Positions 38,460-50,013 of a stretch of DNA of 64,000 nt are shown in pieces (positions within the stretch are counted from its first letter, which is position 1; every line of letters begins with the position of its first letter). The notes under the pieces are model-generated. The model was given only the letters and a program-made list of their open reading frames with translations, had not been told where the DNA came from and made no database searches. The DNA is from Callorhinchus milii (taxonomy: Eukaryota): positions 60,018,001 through 60,082,000 of the forward strand of contig NW_024704743.1 of NCBI RefSeq assembly GCF_018977255.1. Reading direction: 5' to 3'. Made by a program: the position numbers and the translations under genes.

Positions 38460-41400
38460 TTCCAACATTTGTTATTTTTATTGCATTTGTTGTCTGATAA
38501 CAATGCTACTCGTTGACAAATTGTTTATTTACAGTGATAACAAAAATTAGTTCATCACAAGCATTTTAAAACCAAGGGGAAAAAAACACTAAAACTAGCC
38601 AAGATAAAGCTCCCATCAGTCATGAACATAGAAATAAAACATTGAGGAATGTCATTTTGTAAACAACATAGGATTACAGTACATCACCAAGCACAGAGGA
38701 CTAGGTACAGGCATGGCACTAGGTTTTAATTAACATGCAGTCAGAGAAACATTGAAAAATTTACGAAGGATTAAGTGTTCAAATCAGATACCAAGCCATG
38801 CTATTTGTACACATTTTACTCAAAGGTAAATAACTTCCTCCATATGGTGCTTATGTAATACAAATAGAAAGGTAAACCCGAGCAATTTAAAACAATCTCA
38901 TCCCCTTCAGTGCATTTCTTTGTTAGCTGCCTTGTCATTCTTGAGCTACATGTAATTGTGTTACTAAGAAATGAATTAAATGTTACACAATTCAGAAAAA
39001 GGCAAAACACTAATGCACTATCCTTTAATACAGTTTATGTTAAATACAAAAAATCCTCATTCTGTTCAGGCCAAGCATCATACCTTCCTACCACAGATCA
39101 TCATCTCCATTGTATACTACAGTTGTTAAATTTTGTTCCACTGTTCAGAGTATTTTATAAATTAAACAATAAAAGCCAATTATCAGTTTTCCCACTGTCT
39201 CACAGCTTTGTAGGTTTGACAGACTACAACTTTCTATAATCAGAAAAAGTCTGAACCATTCCAACTGAAAGATTCCAGTTATCAGAAAGCAAACTTCTTG
39301 AACAATCATGTACCGGGCCGACTGATTTAGCTAACTGGTAAATGGTTAATCCAACAATCTGGATAATTTTATACCCTATAGCAGTTGTTTTTTTCACTAT
39401 TGCAGTAAAATTGATTTAGGAAGCTTGCTACAAATCCCCCTCACCCACAAACCCACCCCAACAGTAAACAAGTTATCCACAAAATGCAATACTGGCCACT
39501 ACACTTTGAATTTGGTTTCTCAATATGGATATACATGGCAACACACTGTAAATGAAGCACAACAAACATATTGTTAATGGAAATGTGTATTCCTGTATTT
39601 AAGAAACAAACTTGCAAGTCAGGTTTATACAATTGTTAATTGTATAATTTGAGCCAATTGGAAAAAGAGTGGCCATATCTTCGACCAAAATGGGATCTAT
39701 TTAAAAAAAATTCTTATTTGTTTTAAAGATATCCCGATGAACTGTTGGATTAACGGACAGTTTATAGTCTTAGCACACTTCTAATCAAAATTATTACCAC
39801 TCACCACTGGTGAGTAAATAAAGCACAGGTTTGAAGGAACTGATCTACAAATAGAATTGCATTACAAATTTCTTGAACAGAACAAGTGATCAATTACCAT
39901 CCCAATGGGCTTGTTCAAATAACTGCCCATACCAACCAACACTACTTTCAAAGCTGTAAAAAGGAACTTTTAGAAAAAACACCAAAGCTATGGTGAAAGT
40001 GCTTAATGCTGCATGTTGAGGAGTGTATTCTATTGTTAACATTTCCGATATGAAAATATATCAAACTTTCTGCTGGTATGCAGTTTTTAATTGCTTTCAT
40101 TAAAATATTAAGGACACCCTATTTTCAGTTGATAACTAAAGCAATTATAAATGCAGTGATGGAGCACACAGAACACAGGTAAGAAGTCACCAGTCATTCA
40201 TAGCAAAGCTACTTATATTCAATTCTCAGCATTTCTTTGCTTCTTACATCCTACATTGTTCAACATACATGCCCCAAACTATTTTAAGCCGATAGTTCAG
40301 GGCACAGAAACAGAAAGAATGTGTGCAACTGGATAAGGATTTAAAAAAATAAAGACCACACTTATTTGGTGCACAGATCTGTTCTTCAACTATATTTCTT
40401 ACACGCATGGACACCTTCTAATATATCTGAATTTAAGTATCAATGTTGCAAAATCTGAACGAGTTCAGTATCCCAACAATCATTTACCTTGTGAATCAAT
40501 TAGTAAAGATGCATATTTCAAATGTTGATTGACCTGTTATAGATTTTCACTTTTCCTTGGGTCAACGTTGCAAAACCAAGAATAATTGAAGTACAAATAT
40601 ATAGTCATGCTGAAAACAGAGTCATTTATCTATAAAATACCAATGTTTTCTTTTTTATGTTGAGGGATCAAAATAAAGCCTACTTGAAACTTGAAGATAG
40701 GGCATAAATTCAGTGTTCTCCATTGAGGAGTGAGAATATCTTACATTATATGCAATTGAACTACCTATACGATAAATTGAAATGTGATGTTAGAGCTTAT
40801 CATTGTATTAGGGCTCAAATCATTTTAGTTATTTTAAGAGTTCATACTATTTTCCACACCAAATGTACAGTAGCTGTTATTATGGACAACAGAAAACATG
40901 TTTGCTTTTTCCTCAATTGATTAACCAATTTTTTCAATAATTTCTTTTCCTATTTGTTTTGCTGAATGGGAACATTACTAAATTTACACCATTTGTGTGG
41001 AATAGAAACCGTAATATCCGGTAAAAATTATTCTATAACCACCAACCAACAGATTATCAGGATTGCTTTATTTTAAATCTGGCTCCAGTTCAGTTTATCA
41101 CTCTCTTCTAATCCCAGATCAATCCACACTTAGACCCTGAGTAATATAAAATATTGTGAATTTTTTTTTATAGTTTGTCACTCAGTTTGAACCTTTAACA
41201 AGTTATAAAAAAAAATTGGCCTGTAATAGCCTAATATATTTAATTTTTAAACCTAATTCCCTGATTCGGGGAATTTCCATTATGGCAGTCAAATACTCAT
41301 GAAAAGATGAGTTATGTCACATGACTTCATAGGGAGCAGTAAAACTCCTTCATACTAACTTCCAGTGAAATCCAATAAGAATACTTGAAAATATATATTC

Positions 41401-42466
41401 AATTCTGCAGCACAATACCGTGTGAGTGCAGGACAGTCTGTCCTTGTGAGATTACCTTTATATAATTCAGAAAGTTTTCTCACTTGTGGAATAAACTGTA
41501 TATTCTCTCTTAGGTATTGTACATCCTCTATTTGCCATAGTCGTATTGCAAGAACTATTACTCGGAAACTGCTTCCTGCCAGGAAGTTGTTCAGGAGTTT
41601 AGTCCAAGTTAGTGCAACAGGGAGGGCTTGACAGTTGCTTATTTTAGGTCCTTTTAATTATATTTTATAGCTTTTGATTTGCAAAATGTGCCTATAATGA
41701 AATGATTGATGCAGACATGTGCATTTTATCATAAAATAAAGAAATGCTACATTCCAGTGAAATCATAAAATTTAAATTCTCAAACAAAATGACCTTTGAA
41801 CAGTAGTCTTGTGTGTTTCTAACATGAAATATCCCCCAAACCCAACAATATTTACATTTACGCTGGAAAAGATTTTTGTACAAAAAGATTCTGGAAAAAA
41901 GTGGCAAAGGGTAACTACACCCCTAATGCTTATTTTAGAAAAGGAATTCAAAATGGACGTTAAATTTGTTTGGCCTTGATAGTTGACTTTAAATTTTATT
42001 TTTACTAAAAATTTGAGCAGAAAGATGACTGTACTTTGTTTCTTTTAAGACAGACAACTGTAGCTCCTTCACTCTTTAAATGATCAGAAAACAGTTCATG
42101 ATTTCTGACCTATTCAAACATTTGAAGACCCTTCTACTAGGCTTCACTCAGCTTGGTGCTAATGAACAGAGAGTTACAAGAGCAACATAAAATGAGTCTT
42201 CCGCAGATGACATTGTATATATAATGGTAAACAAACAGTAGTATAGAAATGCCACTGATGTTAGCTAGTACTAACTAGCTAACCTTTGCTGATTGACTAT
42301 CTGAGGAACACCACTAATTATGAGATTTTTGGAGCATTTGAGATTTGAGGTGCTTCTTTCTCAAGACCAGTACAATTTAATAGAACCTAGTAACAGAGGA
42401 CACTGCATTTTTTTTAATATTAAAATGCTCTTATTCCTCTTTAATAATGCAGAATTTCCACCAGTC
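38460..42466 (-). other. PPP1R9A: Probable ~4 kb 3'UTR of PPP1R9A with tandem AATAAA signals
   Basis: AT-rich stretch with no recognisable TE after the stop; AATAAA on minus at 38529-38524 and 38482-38477, followed by T/GT-rich sequence. Confidence 0.6.
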
Positions 42467-42673
42467 TTATTCGGTCTCTGGCTCTGCAGCTGCAAATGTC
42501 TTGCTTGGTTTTCTATTCTGTTTCACAAGTTGTTCCTGTTCCTTCTTTTTCAGCTTTTCCTTTTGTTTCTCTAGCTTCTCTTGAACTTTACGTGCTTTCT
42601 CAATTGATGCCTTCAGGTCCTTCAGTCTCTTTTTTATGGCAGCTCGATCCTGAGACACAATAACTCCCAAAGC
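42467..42673 (-). CDS. PPP1R9A: Neurabin-1 last coding exon (end of SAM domain plus basic coiled coil)
   Basis: TACAG|GCT; ALGVIVSQDRAAIKKRLKDLKASIEKARKVQEKLEKQKEKLKKKEQEQ..ETE*. Confidence 0.95.
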   Translation of the reverse strand, partial: ALGVIVSQDRAAIKKRLKDLKASIEKARKVQEKLEKQKEKLKKKEQEQLVKQNRKPSKTFAAAEPETE

Positions 42674-43496
42674 CTGTAGTGAAGAACGTAATTAAAAAGC
42701 CATTCATATTGACCTCAGCACAAGGTGGACTTCATGTTTGTAAGTGCAGCTGTAAGAGATGGGTTCATTTGCATAAAATGCAGTGTTGCTGGTGCTCACT
42801 GGTGCCTCACCATGGGATTGTGGAGGGTGGGGATTATCAACCCAGTGCCAGGATGCCTCAGTTGTGAATCCTTGTGTCTCCCATTCTCTCACTAGCAACA
42901 ATTTCAGAACATTGGCAAGCATATTTACTTAAATGAGTTTAGCAATCAATCTAAAAAGTGATAATTGGAATTTCATTTTCAAAATAATTTATTTTTATAT
43001 TCATATTTCCACTGCAATATTTGTAATAGAACATTATATAACATTAATCTAAACACAAAATAATTTTATGATTTCAGATCAAAATAAGGATCCATTTGGA
43101 GGTTCTGCAAAACCATGGCTTTTCCCTCCATTTAAGCTAAAATATTATTGCTTGGTTTGGACTTATGAAACAGTTCATGATTAAATTTAACATTATTGTT
43201 CAGCTAGGTAATTCAAGGTATGAAAGCGTCCTATGTTTTTTGGACTTCATCCTCCTTTAGATTCTGAAAGTTATTTTCACACGTAAAATAATCTGACAAG
43301 TGACATAATCCAATTGTTTTAATTTTCATTCAACCATGTGAACTGTTTCACTAAAATCAGTCTAAACTATTCAAACTCCAAAATTTCCATGTTTGGATTG
43401 TGGGGCATTGGTTGTCAGTGATTTATCTTGGCACAGGTAGGTTTTAATATACATTCAGCCAATGAAGTCTCAATTGTAAAACAAATATTTTGTTAC

Positions 43497-43679
43497 CTTC
43501 AGTTTGCTTCCATCCAGCTGCAGCAACTGTTCTCCATCAATGTTTTTGGCAGCAAATTCTGGAATATACTGTTCCATGTTTAGTCCCATCAGCCAGTGAG
43601 AAACCTGCTGAGGGCTCCACTCCAGAACAGCACGATTCTGCCACTGATTGTGTTTAGGCGACTGCCCTTCATCAAGGAT
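43497..43679 (-). CDS. PPP1R9A: Neurabin-1 SAM-domain exon (183 nt)
   Basis: ILDEGQSPKHNQWQNRAVLEWSPQQVSHWLMGLNMEQYIPEFAAKNIDGEQLLQLDGSKLK; donor AAG|GTAACA. Confidence 0.95.
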
Positions 43680-44509
43680 CTTTCAGAAATGTAAAAATAA
43701 ATGACAAAACTAGATCCAAGATGCTGTAAGATTCTTGTTTGTTTTGTTATTGAGTCACCTATAGAATTTTAATTTTGTCTCGAAGATCTACAAAATATTA
43801 AATTTTTTGGACATTTTCCATTACTTAAAAGCAAGCACTCTTATCTATACTCTCTCCCTCTGCACTACATATCTGAAGGTCCAGTGTCAAGCAAATTGTA
43901 TTGCTAAATGGGTCACTTGTGAAAATTATGTTTAAAATGCAAAGTCTTATTGTAACCACACATTTGTTTACGGATAAAACATTTGATTGAAGAAAATTAT
44001 TTTGAATTCAGCTACAAACAAGATGGAATAGAACCTAGCAATTACAGTGATTTATATAATTTCCATGTTGTTCAGAGACATAAAAATGGAAAATATCCTC
44101 AACTTAATGTACATCCTAAACAACTGATGTCTTGAGGATCTCCTGAACCAACTGGTATTATATATTGGTAATTGACAGGTAACTAATGAAGATAAATATT
44201 AGACTAGAGATAATCCAAGGAGAGTTTAAGCATTTTAACAGTGGTAGACAGCCGAACAGTTCTACACATGATGAGTCAGTTCCATCCTGCTATATGATAA
44301 AAAAAGTTCCTTCAAAAGGCCCCAGGATTTTTGAAGTAATGGGAAATTAGATGCCCCTCCAGCTCATAACAAGATTGTGTGAAATGAGAAAAGATCATTT
44401 AGATTCTACAGATTATGTATAAATCAGATCCACCTAGGAGGAGCCAATTTATTGAATCTCCTGAGGAAGTTTTTCCAAACTTTCTCACAAAAAAGTAATC
44501 AAGCAAAAC

Positions 44510-46423
44510 TCATTAAACAAGTACTTTGCTACTGTCTTCACCTTAGAAGACACTGAAAACCTACCAAAAATAGAGGGGAACCAAGAAAACAATGTTAGCG
44601 AGCAACTTGGGGGAATTAATATTAGTAAAGAAATGGTTTTAGGTAAATTGTCAGATCTTAAAACTGATAAATCTCCTGAACCTGATGGCCTACATCCTAG
44701 CGTTTTAAAAGAGGTGGCTACTGAGATAGTGGATGGCTTGTCCTTGATCTTCCAAAATTCTCTGGATTCTGGAACGGTTCTCATTGATTGGAAGATTGCA
44801 AACGTAACACCACTATTTAAGAAGAGTGGGAGAGAAAAGATGGGGAACTATAGACCAGTTAGTCTGACATCAGTGTAGGGAAAATTCTTGAGTCCTTAAA
44901 TAAAGATGTCGTTATGGGATTCCTGGAAGACCATAACAAGATGAGGCAGAGTCAACATGGCTTTAATAATAATAATAAACATGGCTTTACAAAAGGGAAG
45001 TTATGCTTAACTAATCTTTTAGAGTTTTTTGGAGATGTATCTAGCAGGTTAGATAGGGGGGAACCAGTAGATGTTGTATATTTAGATTTTTAAAATCCCC
45101 TCTCGACTCTCTTCCCCCTCCTCGCTCCCTCCCTTCCCTCCCCTCACCCTGACCATTTCCCCCCTGCTCGGGTCCTGACCCAACTGTGCAGCGCCTTGGG
45201 ACGTCCTCCTGACGTGAAAGGCGCTTTATAAATGGAATCTTGTTGTTCTTGTTGTTTAAAAGGCATTTGACAAAGTGCCACACAAAAGGCTATTGCACAA
45301 GGTTAGGGCCCACGGGATTAATGGGAACATATTAGCATGGATTGAAGAGTGGCTAACGGGTAGAAAACAGAGAGTAGGGCTAAACGGGTCATTCTCAAAT
45401 TGGCAGAATGTGACTAGTGGAGTGCCACAAGGATCAGTGCTTGGGCCTCAGCTATTTACAATTTACATCAATGATCTAGACGAGGACATTGAATGTAACG
45501 TATCTAAATTCGTGGATGACACTAAACCAGGTGGGAGAGTAAGCTCTGAGGATGATGCAAAAAGATTGCAACGGGATATAGATAGGCTAGGGGAGTGGGC
45601 GAGTAGGTGGCAGATGGAATTTAATGTGAAGTTATTCACCTAGGTAGAAAAAATAGAAAAACAGATTATTTTCTAGAGGGGAAGAGATTAGATAGTGTTA
45701 GTGTTCAGAGGGATTTGGGTGTCTTTGTACACCAGTCTCAAAAAGTTAGTTTGCAGGTTCAGCAAGCAACTAAGAAGGCGAACGGCATGTTAGCGTTCAT
45801 TGCAAAAGGTTTAGAGTACAAGAGTAGGGAAGTCTTGCTGCTTCTGTATAGGGCCTTGGTGAGACCGCACCTAGAGTATTGTGTGCAGTTTTGGTCTCCT
45901 TATTTAAAAAAGGACATACTTGCCCTAGAGGGGGTGCAGCGTAGATTCACTCGGTTAGTTCCTGGGATGAGGGGACTGACCTATGAGGATAGGCTGAATA
46001 AACTGGGCTATATTCTCTAGAGTACAGAAGAATTAGGGGAGATCTTATTGAAACATATAAAATTCTTAAAGGGCTGGATAAAGCAGACACTGAGGGACTG
46101 TTTCCCCTGGTAGGAGAATCTATAACCAGGGGTCACAGTCTTAAAATTAAGGGTCAGCCTTTTAGAACAGAGTTGAGGAAACATTTCTTCACTCAGAGGG
46201 TAGTGAATTTATGGAATTCACTACCCCAGAAGGCTGTAGATGCTCAGTCCTTGAACATCTTCAAGGCTGAGACTGATAGATTTTTTAAAAAATAGAGGGA
46301 TTAGGGGATATGGGGATAGGGCAGGTAATTAGAGTTAGGTCTGAAGATCAGCCATGATCTTATCGAATGGTGGGGCAGGCTCGAGGGGCTGAATGCCTAC
46401 TCCTGCTCCTAATTCTTATGTTC
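44510..46423 (+). mobile_element. CR1 LINE, 5'-truncated, broken ORF2 with two nested insertions
   Basis: [58 protein letters not shown]; same 3' tail as the 31750 copy. Confidence 0.93.
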
Positions 46424-46459
46424 AAGAATATTTATCAAATTTCAATACATAGTTTATGT

Positions 46460-46779
46460 GGAGTCCTGTAGCTCAGTGGTTAGAGCACTTGCTTTGCAAG
46501 CGAGAGACCTGAGTTCAATTCCAGGCAGGGCGAAACCTTGGGCAAGTTTCCTTACTCCACACAGAGCCTAATAATAATCCCTCCAAAACCAAAACAATAA
46601 TAAATTTGTCATTTTCAATCCAAGACTGTTTGTGGGACATTGCTGTGCGCAATTGGCTGCCGCATTCGCCCACAAATATACAGTCAATTCACTTTACAGT
46701 GTGTTCTGTGAAGCGCTTTCGGACTTCCTCCCGACGTGAAAAGCGCTATATCAAATGCAAGGATGATTATTATTATTAT
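46460..46779 (+). mobile_element. tRNA-headed SINE, full length
   Basis: A/B boxes, body and tail; possible TSD TTATGT. Confidence 0.9.
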
Positions 46780-48112
46780 GTTTCACCTTAGTCAACTGTT
46801 TTCTATTAAGACATTAAGCTTCTGATCACAATCATATTTATCGTTATAATTTTCAACCTAGTTTCACCTATTTATTCTTGCTGCAGTTAGCTCTGTGAAT
46901 TAACTCCAAGTCTTCCAGCTCAATCACCCCTAAGGTTACCCGTATGCGTGACCATTTTCTGTAGTTTCTCTAACTGCATAAACAATGTTATTGAAAAGCT
47001 TGCGAGTAGGTCACTGCACTTTTAGTTGGGGTTGCTGGTGGTGGGTAAAAACATTTTAAAAAAAGGTTTGAGCAGGAATAAAATTTTCCTTACAAACAGA
47101 AAGTGTTTCCAGGCATTTTTATTGCTATATGCTCACGTACCATTTCAATAGGATGGGCCAAGCTTTAGCTACATGCAAAGCTGAACATGATTTCAAACTG
47201 GGCTGAGAGTGAAGTCAATAACAATTCCCACTTGATTTTAAGCCATTTTTGAACCTTCTAGTGTCTTGGTTTTGATTTCTCCTTCTTCCTACAACTATTT
47301 CCTTTGCTTTCTTTGTAAAATTAACAATGCATGTTTTGTTGATTTCAGGCAGGAAGTTTACTACAGGCTGTTATGTGAAAAATAACACTTCTAAACAAAA
47401 CTCCTACTTCTGTATACCTTCCGCATTCGCCCACAAAACACAACTGCTGTACTTTCCTGTATATACAGTGAAGTGCTACAGGATGTCTCCCAATGTGAAT
47501 AGGTGCTAAACCAGATAGAGGATTATTATGATCAGTAAAAGAAACTTTGAAAATCAATGTGAAAAATTTGAACTACAATGTATCTTTTTTTTATACTGCG
47601 AGGGTTAGAATTTCAATAGATCTTCCCTGGAATCTATAGCTGTGCTTGCAGTCTTGTTTCTTATGGTTAGGTTATCTATCCTTGAATACAGAATATTTAT
47701 GCTTGTCTTCTGTAACATATCCTATACTCAAAAGTCTGGCACGTACACTATTTAAATTTCAAGCTATTCTACAACTTACAATAATAAATAATCTAGCACC
47801 TTATCTCGTTGTTCAGACGACTCAAAGCGGTTCACAGGATATATGTAAAGTGTAATGACTGTATTTTGTGGGCAAAACTTCCTGTTAATTAAGGCGTTTG
47901 AGCTCAAAAATTTACATTTGTGTCTGCCAATTTTATAACCCAGCTCACATATGCATAGGATGTGCTAGGAGTAAAAGCATATGAGCTATAAGTTATACAG
48001 AACAACTGGCAATATCAGATTACGTCTTGATGGGCGAAAACACACAAAATGCTTAATGGTAAGAGAGGAAAATGAAAATGTAACATGCGGGACATGTTTT
48101 CAAGCATCTCAC

Positions 48113-48136
48113 CTCATCATCTATCATATCCAGGCT
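48113..48136 (-). CDS. PPP1R9A: Neurabin-1 24-nt microexon encoding SLDMIDDE
   Basis: TTGGCCAG|AGC CTG GAT ATG ATA GAT GAT GAG|GTGAGA; phase 0/0; same peptide as recalled in human neurabin-1 between SSDE and ILDDGQSPK. Confidence 0.88.
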
Positions 48137-48544
48137 CTGGCCAAGATAGCAACAAGGAAAATGAAAGGAACAGTATTTCAGAACCAAAATAATATAAGCA
48201 GGTACATCAATTACCAGACATCATTAGTTCTCAAATAAAATTAAGAAAGCTTGATTCTTTTTCTGGTTAGGTTTTTTTTCTAAAAAAAATCAGTACTCTT
48301 TCAATTGCCCAGAAGGCTGTAAATTCAAATCCTGGGTTTGTGCTGAGTTAGTGATCATTTGGGGATGTACTTCATGAATGTTAGGGAAGGACAAGATTAG
48401 ACTCAGCTTTCATGCTCAAATTGTCAAATAGCTGCTAACAGTAACTGCAAAGGCTCCCACTCCCTCCTTGCAAAGCTTCCTGGAGCAGGTATCTTCCCAC
48501 TCAATTCATATTAACCATGTAAGTCAAAACTTTAATGCGATCCA

Positions 48545-48835
48545 AATTGGACTAGCAGCAGAAAGTTGCCAGACATTACTTTCAATAGCAAGCTATCTGG
48601 CTTTAGCTGTACCCTAGGGCACAGTCTAAGGATTGCCAAGTCTTGGCTCTTGCCAACCTATGCCGAAAACTCTCTGGAATTAGGTAAGCAGGGGAGGTGT
48701 TCCTCCAAGCCGAGAGTATGCACTCCATTCCAGACACAAGGAAATTTCTATGTAAAGGTGACAAACATATGTGGAACTCAATCCGGTTTGGATAAGTCTG
48801 ACCACAACAAACCATGCAAAGGCTCCCATTTGAAT
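48545..48835 (+). mobile_element. Diverged third relative of the unclassified element, in a PPP1R9A intron (antisense to the gene)
   Basis: Collinear shared blocks AGAAAG-TTGCCAGACA, CTTGGCTCTTGCCAACCT, GGTAAGCAGG, CCATTCCA, GGTTTGGATA. Confidence 0.7.
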
Positions 48836-49893
48836 AATGGCAAAGAGGATACTTGACACTCATGAAAACATATCCTACTGTTAGTAAAAGTTTTTTAAAA
48901 AATCAAACACCTTCTGGAAAATGGAAAACAAAACTGACTATATTTTTATATCAAAATTCTGATCACGTTGCACCTCATGAAGTAATTTTACTTATTCATA
49001 CCCTCCTATTTCCACAATGAGAATTATAAAAACTAGGTTAATACAACGTTTATGAATAGCCTAGATGACAATTTTCATTACTGGAATGGAACCCTTTTCC
49101 ACCTTTTAAAGGCAGTACCACCATCAATCAGCCTCAAGATCTATTATAGAACAAGTCAAATATGGAGAAAAGCTGCATTTCCTAACAAACTGCCTTGAAA
49201 GCACCTCCTGTTGGACCGATGTTCCTATTTATCACATCAGTCAACCTTAGCAGCTTTTTCCAACTCAGACTCAGATCCATAGATGATGGGATAGTGTTCT
49301 CGTAGACTGGATCATCCAATACTGCAGTTAAATTTGGCCTCAAAGAGTCAAATGTCCTTTTAGTTTTTTAAGACAAACACTATTTTGGTCTGTAGAAAGC
49401 TAAATGCCACAACATCCATTTCCATTAAACATTTCCACCTTGAGGACCCTTTGCAATTCCTTGTTCTGGTGTGGAAGTATGCTGGGAATCTGTTCAATCG
49501 GCTCAGTAATATTTAACTGCATTGAAAAAAGGCCTGAAAAACATTCATACAGTTTTCAAGACTAAAGCTGACCCTAGGCAGCATGGGTGCAAAGGATGTT
49601 GAAGCTCCAGTGAGTTGTGTATGTAGGGAGATACTGATTTCAGACACATTTTTTGTGGGCAGTTATTGAAGAGGCCAGACACTTCTGACTGAGAGGGAAG
49701 GAAAATCCCTGAGAGGCAAACCAAACTGCCCATGATTTCAGTACAGCAATGGGATAATCGTGGAAGCCAGGATGTAGAAGGGAGAAATACCCTTCTGAAA
49801 AATAGGAACTCTCACGCTCTTCAATTAAGAATGAAGTTGAAAGAGTTTGCCAGTAAAATAAAACAAAATTTTTTGGTAGACATATTTACTTAC

Positions 49894-50013
49894 CTCGTCA
49901 GAGGAGAGTACCAACATGTGGGAGCGCCCTGTAGATTTTGGTTCTACAACCAATCCACTCAGGTCAGCAGAACTTGTGCTACTGGGGCTAAAGTCATCAA
50001 TGTTGGTGAAGTT
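49894..50013 (-). CDS. PPP1R9A: Neurabin-1 internal exon (120 nt)
   Basis: TTTGCAG|AAC; NFTNIDDFSPSSTSSADLSGLVVEPKSTGRSHMLVLSSDE; donor GAG|GTAAGT. Confidence 0.93.

Noticed and set aside
46460..46532. tRNA-Ala(TGC)-like genes here and at 16275, 18420, 19386, 37717, 61555
   Set aside because: Each continues into a SINE body and tail; these are SINE heads, not tRNA genes
49400..49516. Candidate alternative terminal PPP1R9A exon (good acceptor, 38 codons to stop)
   Set aside because: No recognisable homology or other support; compatible with chance
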